A stretch of DNA of 34,290 nucleotides. It comes from Phycisphaerae bacterium. Its GTDB lineage: Bacteria; Planctomycetota; Phycisphaerae; SM23-33. The translations under genes were made by a program, and so were the position numbers. How positions within the stretch are numbered: the first letter of the stretch is position 1; each line of letters starts with the position of its first letter. Location: NCBI GenBank assembly GCA_046539005.1, contig JBKHHV010000002.1, positions 1-34,290 of the forward strand, read 5' to 3'. Shown piece by piece: positions 8,129 through 16,419 of this stretch. The notes under the pieces were generated by a model. It saw nothing but the letters and a program-made list of their open reading frames with translations, ran no database searches and had not been told where the DNA came from.

Positions 8129-9552
8129 CACCTCGACACGCGACAGGGACGATCGCTCTTGTGGCGGCTCTGCTGCTGACGGCGGGCGGGTGTATTCCCT
8201 CCGAGCGGCTGGAGCAGGGGCAAATGGACCGGCTGTACACGCTGGCGGCCAACCCGGCCGACGAGGCGGAACTCAGCCCCCCCTCGGTCGCTGACCGACG
8301 CCTTCCTGCCAAGTGGACCATTCGCCACGAGCCGAGCCTGATCGTATCGACGATTTCGCTGGTGCGAGCCATGGATGCCCTCCGGGAGCAGGAGCCCATC
8401 GAGGTGGACTTCGGGCTCTCGCCACGCTACACCGAGACGCTGGTGGAGCTGATGGGCCAGGCCAGGACGACCCTGGATGAACTGCATGGCCTGACCGAGG
8501 TCGCCCAGCCCGCCAGCCGTGACGAGTGGGCGTCGGGGGTGGCGTCGGCTCTTTCGCGGGTGGAAGAACTGACCCGCACCGCAACCCAGGCCACAAGCCC
8601 CGACGGTCGCCGCTCCGGCGAGCCGCTGGGCATGCCCGCCAGCCCGATGATGCAGATGCTCACCTCCTACCTGCAGGACCAGACCGGCGGAGAACTGCTG
8701 GATGAACTGGACCCCAACCAGGCGGGCGCCCTGCGGACCATGCTTGCGCAGGTGGTTCTGAAGCTGGGCTTTGCGGTCATCGGCAAGCAGATGCCCGACG
8801 GGATCCGCTCGAAGGTTGTCGAAAGCATGCGGTCGGCCGACGACCTCAAGAAACTGGAGCAGTCGCTGCAGGAAACCGTTGTGGGCGCCTCGCGCAATGC
8901 CAGTCCCGGCGCCGAGGAGCAGCAACTGCGGTCCACGGTGCGCTCCGCCCTGGTGGCGGCGAACATGGGCCTGCAGGTCATGCAGGAGTTCATGCGCCAA
9001 TGGGACCGGCTGGAATACGTCTCGTTCGAGTTGCGGAAGCGCGAGGGCGAATCGGTGGTGGTCTGCACGGTCAAGACCCAGCCGAAGAAGACCATCCGCA
9101 TTGCCGGGCTCGTGATCGCCCAGCCGACCATGGTGTTCCGCGGGCAGACGCAGATCGTCGTGTTTACCGACAGGCAGACCGACGAAACGGTGCTGCTGTT
9201 CGAGCCTCTGGGCGAAGGCGGCGGCGTGGAACTGCACTTCGAGGGCATCGTATACACTTTGGCGCGGGTGCTGGCGTTCCCGCTGGACAACGCCCGTCTG
9301 CGGGAAATCCGCACGCTGGTGAAGACGGCCGAGATGGACCGCCGGTTAATCCACGTCTCGGTCCGCATGGAAAGCCTCTCGACTGATAGGGACGCCCGGC
9401 GAATGATGGTCTTCCAGGACGCACGGCGTAAACGCTTCCGCCGCGATGCCTTCGACATCCGGACGACCGACGTCCGCTCGCTGCAGGTGCTCAACTACAT
9501 CACGCCCGAGAAACGCTACAGTTTCCGCCGTCTCAGCCGGGCACAACCGTGA
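8125..9552 (+). CDS. Hypothetical lipoprotein (475 aa), translationally coupled to the upstream gene
   Basis: An ATGA start/stop overlap sits at 8125-8128. The N-terminus is MTPRHATGTIALVAALLLTAGGCIPSE, with lipobox AGGC. I recognise no domain. Confidence 0.7.
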   Translation: MTPRHATGTIALVAALLLTAGGCIPSERLEQGQMDRLYTLAANPADEAELSPPSVADRRLPAKWTIRHEPSLIVSTISLVRAMDALREQEPIEVDFGLSPRYTETLVELMGQARTTLDELHGLTEVAQPASRDEWASGVASALSRVEELTRTATQATSPDGRRSGEPLGMPASPMMQMLTSYLQDQTGGELLDELDPNQAGALRTMLAQVVLKLGFAVIGKQMPDGIRSKVVESMRSADDLKKLEQSLQETVVGASRNASPGAEEQQLRSTVRSALVAANMGLQVMQEFMRQWDRLEYVSFELRKREGESVVVCTVKTQPKKTIRIAGLVIAQPTMVFRGQTQIVVFTDRQTDETVLLFEPLGEGGGVELHFEGIVYTLARVLAFPLDNARLREIRTLVKTAEMDRRLIHVSVRMESLSTDRDARRMMVFQDARRKRFRRDAFDIRTTDVRSLQVLNYITPEKRYSFRRLSRAQP

Positions 9553-9566
9553 TCGAACGCCCCGGC

Positions 9567-9588
9567 GGCAGTCTCGGGTGAGACTGCC
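9567..9588 (+). terminator. Hairpin after the lipoprotein operon (GGCAGTCTC-GGGT-GAGACTGCC)
   Basis: Perfect 9-bp stem with a 4-nt loop, 15 nt after the stop at 9552. No U-tract. It is followed by a TACAAT-like element. Confidence 0.45.
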
Positions 9589-9674
9589 CTATACAATGGC
9601 ATGGAGGATCCGAGCGGGCACTTGCAGATACGTTTTGGTTTCCGACGCCCGCCGCCTCCGGGAGTGAATACACC

Positions 9675-10862
9675 ATGAATGAACCGATCTCGAAGGAACA
9701 GGCTGTCGAACTGATGAATCACCGCACCGAGGGATGCGTCTCGCTGTACATGCCGGGTCACCCGGCCGGGGCGGAGGTCCGCCAGGATCCCATCCGTCTC
9801 AAGACGCTCCTGAAGAATGCCCGCGCGAAGCTCCAGGAACTGGGCTTTGCCGGGGGCGATATCGACCGGCAACTCAAGCCCCTTGCCGACTTGGGAAACG
9901 ACGGCGAGTTCCTCCGCAATCCCGGCAACGGCGTGGCGGCGTTTGCCTCGCCCCAGGGGCATTGGATACTCCGGCTGCCGATGGACGTGGAGCCGGCCGT
10001 GACCGTCAGCGACCGCTTCTGCCTCAAGCCGCTGCTGGAGTTTCTGACCGACGACGCCGAGGTGTTTCTGCTGGCGATCAGCGGGACATCGGTGCGGCTG
10101 TTCCGGGCCAATCGCCACGACATCGAGGAAATCGAGATGCCCAACATCCCACACTCGCTGGCCGAGGCGATGGTGTGGGACGACCCCGAGAAGCACCTGG
10201 AATTCCACACCGCCCAGGAGCACCACCAGCCCGGGCAGCGCAAGCCCGTTGCCTTCCACGGGCAGGGCACCGGTTCGGACGACACGCTGGACAAGAAGAA
10301 GATCACCGAGTACCTGCACATGGTCGATGAGGGCGTCCAGCGGGTGCTGCGGAAGCAGAAGGCCCCGCTGGTGATTGCCGCCGCCGAGCCGATGGCCAGC
10401 CTCGCCCGCCAGGCAACGCACTACTCGCCGGTGCACGAGGAGCTCATTCATGGCCATCCCGACCGTGTCAGTGCCGAGGAGTTCCACAAGCAACTCCTGC
10501 CCCTGCTGCACAAGCAGGTGGAAGAACGCCTCCAGCGCGACTCGGATCTGCTGCACCAGGCGATGAATGCCGACCTGGGATCGGTCTCGCTCGATGAGGT
10601 ACTGACCGCCGCACAGAACAGCCGCGTGGATACGCTGTTTGTCGCCCGCGACCAGCAGTGCTGGGGGAAGTTCGACTTGGAATCCGGCCAGATGGAGCGT
10701 CACGACGAAGCCAAACCCGGCGACACCGACCTGCTGGACCCGGCCGCGGTGGGCACCTATCTGCATGGCGGGACCGTACACCTGGTGCCGCGCGAGAAGA
10801 TGCCCGTGGATGCCCCGGTGGCTGCGAAGTACCGCTATGCGATTTCAGCAGTAAATAAATAA
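9675..10862 (+). CDS. Bacterial eRF1/Pelota-like protein (baeRF-type family; exact subfamily not assignable by eye)
   Basis: 395 aa. The N-terminus CVSLYMPGHPAGAEVRQDPIRLKTLLKNA is typical of baeRF-family proteins. The central AFHGQGTGSDDTLDKKKITEYLHMVDEGVQRVL aligns by eye to the eRF1 M-domain HGRGGQSALRF...VRKV. The C-terminal GSVSLDEVLTAAQNSRVDTLFVARD resembles the eRF1/Pelota C-domain (G..EV..A...G.V.TLLV). Confidence 0.7.
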   Translation: MNEPISKEQAVELMNHRTEGCVSLYMPGHPAGAEVRQDPIRLKTLLKNARAKLQELGFAGGDIDRQLKPLADLGNDGEFLRNPGNGVAAFASPQGHWILRLPMDVEPAVTVSDRFCLKPLLEFLTDDAEVFLLAISGTSVRLFRANRHDIEEIEMPNIPHSLAEAMVWDDPEKHLEFHTAQEHHQPGQRKPVAFHGQGTGSDDTLDKKKITEYLHMVDEGVQRVLRKQKAPLVIAAAEPMASLARQATHYSPVHEELIHGHPDRVSAEEFHKQLLPLLHKQVEERLQRDSDLLHQAMNADLGSVSLDEVLTAAQNSRVDTLFVARDQQCWGKFDLESGQMERHDEAKPGDTDLLDPAAVGTYLHGGTVHLVPREKMPVDAPVAAKYRYAISAVNK

Positions 10863-11059
10863 GCGGTAAGCAACAGGCAGCAAGCGATGAGCGGCGGATG
10901 GGGCCCGTTTTGCCTGCTCCGATCGAAGGAGGGGGTGTTTGTCCGTCAGCCTTCATAAAGCGCAAACGGGATACGGTCCCTCTGTAGCGAAAGTTATCTT
11001 ACCGGCCTAGAATATGTTGCACACGCACCGGTGCTTGGCGCCGTTGAAGGGAGATACCG

Positions 11060-13192
11060 ATGTTCCGACTCTTGCGCAAGGTGGGCAAATTCGTCCGCGG
11101 CGGTGCCGGGCCCCTGCAGGTTTATCTGGCATGCGTTCTGGGAACCATGGCCGGCATGACGCCCGGGCTGAACCTGACGATCATCCTGCTGATCCTGCTG
11201 ATCGTCTTGCTGAACGTCAGCCTGGGAGTGACACTGCTGGCGTTCGTGGTCGGGCGCATCCTCGCCTTGCTGCTGGCGCCCTGGACGTTCGACCTGGGCT
11301 ACTTCCTGATCCACAAGGCCGGGCTGGAAGGTTTCATACGCTGGTCCGGGGAAACGGCGGTAGTGGCGCTGATGGACCTGCACTACTACTGCCTGCTGGG
11401 GGGACTGGTGGTGGCGATCGTGCTGGGCAGCATCGAAGGCGGGCTGCTGGCGCGGTTCGTGGTGTACGTGCGACGGGTGTTCGCGCGGGCCGGCGAAACC
11501 AGCGCCGTGTGGCGCATCGTCGCCAACAACGTCTTCACCAAGGCGCTGCTGTGGCTGCTGTTCGGCAAGCAGAAGAAGACCATGGCCGAGATGATCGAGG
11601 GCAGGGGGCGGATCGTCCGCCACAGCGGGCTGGTGGTGACTGCTCTGCTTGGCGTGCTGATCGTCGGAGGGGCGGTATACGGCTCGGACTACCTGCTCGC
11701 CGGCCACCTGGCCGAGGCGATGGGCAAGGTCAACGGCGCCGAAGTCAACATCGACGAAAGCGAGATCAAGCTCACGGCCGGTCGCCTGCGGCTGCGCGGG
11801 GTGCGGGTGACCAACCCCGACAAGCCCGAGTACAATCTCTTCGAGGCCGAGGAACTCACCACCCAGTTGTCGATCATGGACCTGTTGCGTAAACGCCTGG
11901 TGGTCTCGGACATCCATGTTTCGGCATTGCGGGAGGGCACGAAGCGCGACGAGCCGGGCGAGGTCTACGAGCGGGTGGAGAAGGAAGAGAAGAAGCCCGA
12001 GTACAAGATCAAGTGGCCCGGCGACATCATCTGGGACTACTTCGAGAACCCCGAGAAGTATCACAAGTACATCCGCTACCTCGAACGCCTGAAGGAGTAC
12101 CTCGAGCGCCAGCGTCAGCATCGCAAGGAAGATCCCGACAAGGAATGGCTGGAAGACCTCGCCGAGAATCGCGGGTATTTCTCGCTGTCGGCGCGGCAGG
12201 TTCTGCAGCGTCGGCCGATCTGGACGATTCGCCGGGCGATCATCGACAAGATCGCCTTCGCCGACGGCGACGCGCAATATCGCCTGGAGGCGTACGAGCT
12301 TTCCTCCCACCCCGCCCTTAACGAGAAGCCCATGCGGGTCAGCTTCGGCGACCTGGTGTTCGAGAACGGCAAGACCCATTACGGCGTCAAGCAGTGGGTC
12401 GGCGTGGAATTCGGCTTCGCCGACGAAGAGCAGTGGCACACCCACGAGGTCCGCGTCTCGGAGATTCCCCTCGGCGGCGATATTCGCTTCAGCGAGAAGG
12501 TTCCGTTGAAGATCCGCTCGGCAAAGGCGTTCCTGATCTCCAAGGGGCGGTTCAACCACGAGCAGTGGGACAGCGACGTGGTCGCCCGCCTGGAGACCAT
12601 CGACACCGACGTGCGCCAGGGCGAAACCGTCCTCGGCATGGCCGCCGGAGACGCCCGCCAGGTGATCGGGGCGGTGGGTAACCTGACGGTCGCCATGCGC
12701 CTCACCGGTCCTCTCGCGCGGCCTCGGGTGGCCGTGGACCCCAAGACCACCCTCACCATGCTCCGCAGTACGCTGGAGTCGCTGGGCAAGACGCACTTGG
12801 CCCAGTTGACCGGCACGGCGCTGAAACGCGTCGGCAGCGGCGCGGCGCAGATCGGAGAGGGACTGGCGGGCAGTTCGGCCGACCTGGCCCAGGGACTGGG
12901 GCAACTGGTCGACGGCGACGTGGACGCGGCCGGGGGTTCGCTGGCCAAGGGCGCCGGGGAGCTGGTGGAAGGCTTCGGCGAGGCCCTGACCGGCGACGGG
13001 AACCAGACCACCACCGGCAAGGGCGACGGGTTCCTGCGAGGCGTGGGCGATCTGCTCTCACCCGGGAAAGACAAGGGCGACAAAGGCAACGGCCGTGACA
13101 AGCAGAATAAGGATCCCAACGCCGACGACGATCCGGACAAGAAGAAGGATTCCGATTCGGGCGGCCTCCTGGACGGCCTGCTGGGCGGATAG
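11060..13192 (+). CDS. Fused TIGR03546-like (polytopic N-terminal module) and TIGR03545-like (AsmA-related) membrane protein with low-complexity G/D/K tail
   Basis: ATG at 11060 follows GAAGGGAG. The N-terminus MFRLLRKVGKFVRGGAGPLQVYLACVLGTMAGMTPGLNLTIILLILL... has 3-4 TM segments like the small TIGR03546 proteins. The following ...NGAEVNIDESEIKLTAGRLRLRGVRVTNPDKPEYNLFEAEELTTQLSIMDLLRKRLVVSDIHVSAL matches the characteristic start of TIGR03545 proteins. The tail is ...GKDKGDKGNGRDKQNKDPNADDDPDKKKDSDSGG. Confidence 0.7.
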   Translation: MFRLLRKVGKFVRGGAGPLQVYLACVLGTMAGMTPGLNLTIILLILLIVLLNVSLGVTLLAFVVGRILALLLAPWTFDLGYFLIHKAGLEGFIRWSGETAVVALMDLHYYCLLGGLVVAIVLGSIEGGLLARFVVYVRRVFARAGETSAVWRIVANNVFTKALLWLLFGKQKKTMAEMIEGRGRIVRHSGLVVTALLGVLIVGGAVYGSDYLLAGHLAEAMGKVNGAEVNIDESEIKLTAGRLRLRGVRVTNPDKPEYNLFEAEELTTQLSIMDLLRKRLVVSDIHVSALREGTKRDEPGEVYERVEKEEKKPEYKIKWPGDIIWDYFENPEKYHKYIRYLERLKEYLERQRQHRKEDPDKEWLEDLAENRGYFSLSARQVLQRRPIWTIRRAIIDKIAFADGDAQYRLEAYELSSHPALNEKPMRVSFGDLVFENGKTHYGVKQWVGVEFGFADEEQWHTHEVRVSEIPLGGDIRFSEKVPLKIRSAKAFLISKGRFNHEQWDSDVVARLETIDTDVRQGETVLGMAAGDARQVIGAVGNLTVAMRLTGPLARPRVAVDPKTTLTMLRSTLESLGKTHLAQLTGTALKRVGSGAAQIGEGLAGSSADLAQGLGQLVDGDVDAAGGSLAKGAGELVEGFGEALTGDGNQTTTGKGDGFLRGVGDLLSPGKDKGDKGNGRDKQNKDPNADDDPDKKKDSDSGGLLDGLLGG

Positions 13193-13207
13193 AGTCGGCG
13201 GCTGAAC

Positions 13208-14653
13208 CTATGTGCCGGGCTGGTTTCGGTCGCCGGTCCGCAGTCGCTGGCAGATGCGCCCCATCGCCTCGGCGATGCGCGCCAGTTGGTGGTCCCACAG
13301 GGCACGCACGTCCAGCCACACCGCGTCATCTTCCACGCGGCCGAACACGCACGCCTCGTCCAATCGCAGGGCACGGGCGAGTTCGTCCGGCCGGATCGTT
13401 TCGGACGTCACCACCGCCGCGAACGACGGCAGCGCCTTCATGGGGCACGATCCGCTGCCCAGGTACGCGCTGCTAGGTCGCACCCGGGCGACAAAGCAGG
13501 GGGCAACGGCGTCAATCTCGCTGACCAGTCTCTCCGCGCGGCTGCGCAGGTCGGCCTCGGTTTCCGACAGCATGCGGTACAGCGGATGCTCGCGGCAGAG
13601 GCGGTCGACGTCGCGGAACAGCATGAGCGTGCGTTCCAGCCCCATCAGGCAGACTTTGTCGGGGCGTAACGCCCTGGCGAGCGGATGCCGGCGAATTCGC
13701 CGGATGTATTCGGATCGACCGACAATGATCCCGGCCTGTGGGCCGCCGATGAGTTTGTCGCCGCTGAACAGTGCCACGTCGGCCCCGGCCTGGAGGCTCT
13801 GGAGCACGGTCGGCTCGTGGGGCAGCCCGAAGCGCTGCAGGTCGACCAGCGCCCCGGCGCCCAGGTCGTCCACGGCCGCCAGCCCGTGCTGGTGGGCAAG
13901 CGCCGCCATCTCGCCGATGGGTACCTCCTTGTGGAAGCCCACCACGCGGTAGTTGCTGGGGTGAGCGCGGAACAGCAGGGCGGTGTCTTCGGTAATGGCG
14001 TTGCGGTAGTCCCGAAGGTGCGTGCGGTTGGTGGTGCCCACCTCGACCATGCGGGCGCCTGACTGCTCCATCACGTCCGGCAGCCGAAAGGCCCCGCCGA
14101 TTTCGATGAGTTGTCCGCGGGAGACGACGACCTCCCGCCCCGCGCCCAACGCCGCCAGCACCAGCAGCGTCGCGGCGGCGTTGTTGTTGACCACCGTCGC
14201 CGCCTCGGCCCCGGTCAGTTCGGTAAGCAGGGTCTCCAGGCGGTTGTCGCGTTCGCTTCGGGTGCCGGTTTCCACGTCGGTCGCCAGGACCACGTAGCCT
14301 TTCAGGTCTTCGCCGCAGCTTTCGGTGACGGCCTGCGGCCAGACGGCCCGTCCCAGCGCGGTGTGCAGGATGATGCCGGCGGCGTTGATCGCCGGGCGGA
14401 TGTTGGGCGTGGTTCGCATGGTCAGTCGCCGGTGAGCCCGTTGCAGCACATAGGCTTCGGTCACGTGGGTGGGCCCGCAGCGGCCCTCGGCGTCGGAGAG
14501 GATCTGCTCCCGCAACTCCTCCACGGTTTCCCGCAGGCACGTGGTCACCAGCGAACGGGGATGCTCGGCGAGCCACCCGGCGACGGCCCGGCTCTCCAGA
14601 AGCGAGTGGATCGAGGGCAGGTTGCGAAGAAGGTCCTGCTTCATGTCGGTCAT
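13208..14653 (-). CDS. selA: L-seryl-tRNA(Sec) selenium transferase
   Basis: The 481-aa product starts at MTDMKQDLLRNLPSIHSLLES, with AAGGGAG upstream. It carries SelA hallmarks: NNNAAATLLVL, RGQLIEIGGAFRLPDVM, and the PLP-lysine motif FSGDKLIGGPQAGII. The 764-aa track ORF is an R/G/P-rich 5' over-extension of this gene. Confidence 0.9.
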   Translation of the reverse strand: MTDMKQDLLRNLPSIHSLLESRAVAGWLAEHPRSLVTTCLRETVEELREQILSDAEGRCGPTHVTEAYVLQRAHRRLTMRTTPNIRPAINAAGIILHTALGRAVWPQAVTESCGEDLKGYVVLATDVETGTRSERDNRLETLLTELTGAEAATVVNNNAAATLLVLAALGAGREVVVSRGQLIEIGGAFRLPDVMEQSGARMVEVGTTNRTHLRDYRNAITEDTALLFRAHPSNYRVVGFHKEVPIGEMAALAHQHGLAAVDDLGAGALVDLQRFGLPHEPTVLQSLQAGADVALFSGDKLIGGPQAGIIVGRSEYIRRIRRHPLARALRPDKVCLMGLERTLMLFRDVDRLCREHPLYRMLSETEADLRSRAERLVSEIDAVAPCFVARVRPSSAYLGSGSCPMKALPSFAAVVTSETIRPDELARALRLDEACVFGRVEDDAVWLDVRALWDHQLARIAEAMGRICQRLRTGDRNQPGT

Positions 14654-14754
14654 CCGCGCACTCCCTTTGCTTGATGCGGTCCGAAGGTCTCCGGCGGCGG
14701 AGCGCGGGAACGGCGGCCGGAAGCCTGCGGTCCCCGAGCTAAGCACGACAGCGA

Positions 14755-15558
14755 TTATAGCCCCAGTTCGGGGGCGTCGTCCACGCAGGAGGCGAAGGTC
14801 TTTCGGACCTCCAGCAGCCGGGCGATGAAGGCGTCGCTCATGCGGTCGCGGGGGCGGGGCAGGTCGATCGTCAACTCGGCGACCACCCGACCGGCCGTCA
14901 TCACCACGATGCGATCGGCGAGGTAGGATGCCTCTTCCATACTGTGGGTAACGAACAGGAGCGTGCGGCGATGGCTGCGCCACAGCACCACGAGTTGCCG
15001 CTGCAGTCGGTGGCGCGTGGGCTCGTCCAGTCCGGCGAAGGGCTCGTCCATCAGCAGTACCTGGGGGTCGACGGCCATCGCCCGGGCGATGGCGACGCGC
15101 TGGCGCATTCCGCCCGAAAGCTCGTGCGGGAGCGACCGGGCGACCGACCGATCCAGCCCGACCTTCTCCAGCATCGCCTCGACCTGGGCCTGTCGGCGGG
15201 CGCGGCTTGCCCCGCGAACCTGCAACCCCAGGGCGATGTTCTGCCCCACCGAGTACCACGGAAGCAGGTCGCCTTCCTGGGAGACCATGCCCACCGTGAC
15301 GCTTCCGTTGGTAGCCCCGGCCGGGCAACCGGCCACGCGGACCGTGCCGCGGGTGGGCGACGCCAGCCCGGCAGCCAGGCGAAGCAGCGAGGTTTTCCCG
15401 CAGCCGCTGGGGCCCAGCACGCAGGTGATCTCGCCGGGGAGGCAGGTGAGAGTGACGTCGCACAGGGCATGCACCTCTCCGCGGGCGGGGGTGCGGAAGC
15501 ATTTGCCGACCGCATCGAAACAGACGCAGTCACCGCGACATGGTTGCGGAACGCTCAT
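14755..15558 (-). CDS. ABC transporter ATP-binding protein, NitT/TauT (nitrate/sulfonate/taurine) family
   Basis: Walker A is GPSGCGKTS, the signature motif is LSGGMRQRV and Walker B is LLMDEPF. The start MSVPQ at 15558 overlaps the permease stop (ATGA at 15555-15558). Confidence 0.9.
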   Translation of the reverse strand: MSVPQPCRGDCVCFDAVGKCFRTPARGEVHALCDVTLTCLPGEITCVLGPSGCGKTSLLRLAAGLASPTRGTVRVAGCPAGATNGSVTVGMVSQEGDLLPWYSVGQNIALGLQVRGASRARRQAQVEAMLEKVGLDRSVARSLPHELSGGMRQRVAIARAMAVDPQVLLMDEPFAGLDEPTRHRLQRQLVVLWRSHRRTLLFVTHSMEEASYLADRIVVMTAGRVVAELTIDLPRPRDRMSDAFIARLLEVRKTFASCVDDAPELGL

Positions 15559-16415
15559 CGCTGCATCTCCTGCCAGCGCCCCACGCGCCGGGCCGCGAGG
15601 TACAGCAGCGCGTCGATGCTCACCCCGATGACCGCGATGACGATGATGTTCGCGAACACGTAGCGGTACTCGTTCATCTGCCCGGCCACGGCGATCATGT
15701 AGCCCACGCCACTTCGCGTGCCGGGGAATATCTCCGCGGCGATAATGACCCGCCAGGCGATGCCCGCGCCCAGTCGCAGACCGGTTACGATGCTCGGGGC
15801 GGCTGACGGGAGCACCACCCGCCGAAGCACGTCCCATCGCGAGCCGCCCAGCACCCGCACGACCTCCACGTGCGAGCGACGCACGGCCGATACGCCCGCG
15901 GCGGTGTTGACCACGATGGGGAAGAACCCTCCGTACCAGATGACCGCGATGATCGCGAAGCGAAGCTGGTCCAGCAGGTCATGCTGCCAGTGGTTCCGCC
16001 CGAACAGCGCCGTGGCGGGCGAGGCAAAACCGAAGACGATGATCGCCACCGGGATCCAGGCGATGGGACTGATGGCCGTCGCCCCGGAGATGACCGGCGC
16101 GAATATCTCGCGCAGCGTTCGGCTGCCGCCGATCATCAGCCCCACGGGGATCCCGGTCAGCACGGCCAGGGCGAATCCGCACAATACCCGCAGGATGCTG
16201 ACGGCCGCGCTGGTCGCCAGCGCCGCCGAGTCCAGGTCGGTCGGGCGACGGAAAGCGTGAACGAAGACCTCCAGCGTCTCGGGGATGCCCGGCACCACGA
16301 GGCTTCGCTGGGACGCCACATGCCACACCCCCACCAAGGCGGCCGGCACGATGGCCCCGAGGGCGATGCGGCGCAGGATGCGGACAATCTTGCTCACGTG
16401 TTCGGTCCGGGGCAA
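15555..16415 (-). CDS. ABC transporter permease, NitT/TauT (SsuC/TauC-like) family
   Basis: 286 aa with about 6 TM segments. It contains the BPD-type region ...GGSRWDVLRRVVLPSAAPSIVTGLRLGAGIAWRVIIAAE (EAA-loop-like). It is coupled to the ATPase gene and starts 4 nt downstream of the binding-protein gene stop. Confidence 0.85.
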   Translation of the reverse strand: MPRTEHVSKIVRILRRIALGAIVPAALVGVWHVASQRSLVVPGIPETLEVFVHAFRRPTDLDSAALATSAAVSILRVLCGFALAVLTGIPVGLMIGGSRTLREIFAPVISGATAISPIAWIPVAIIVFGFASPATALFGRNHWQHDLLDQLRFAIIAVIWYGGFFPIVVNTAAGVSAVRRSHVEVVRVLGGSRWDVLRRVVLPSAAPSIVTGLRLGAGIAWRVIIAAEIFPGTRSGVGYMIAVAGQMNEYRYVFANIIVIAVIGVSIDALLYLAARRVGRWQEMQR

Positions 16416-16419
16416 CAGG

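Noticed and set aside
5882-8131. 749-aa minus-strand ORF overlapping the AsmA-like gene start and the HAD lipoprotein gene
   Set aside because: The composition is extremely R/G/P-rich and the ORF runs through a divergent promoter region. The alternative frames have clear domain signatures.
10994-12904. 636-aa minus-strand ORF antisense to the TIGR03545/6-like gene; also 32724..34166 (-) and 4615..6318 (+)
   Set aside because: These show the same shadow-ORF characteristics, with Q/H/R/G/D-rich low-complexity translations, and lie opposite well-supported genes.
14654-14754. Possible tRNA-Sec (selC) or other RNA gene in the gap upstream of selA
   Set aside because: Read on the minus strand, the 101 nt show no acceptor or T-arm pattern, no UCA anticodon loop context and no cloverleaf pairing. 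It is most simply an intergenic spacer carrying the selA ribosome-binding site.
14654-15502. Upstream 283-codon extension of selA in the 764-aa track ORF
   Set aside because: The extension is R/P/G-rich and overlaps the ABC ATPase gene on the same strand in another frame. SelA homology begins at MTDMKQDLL, which has its own AAGGGAG ribosome-binding site.
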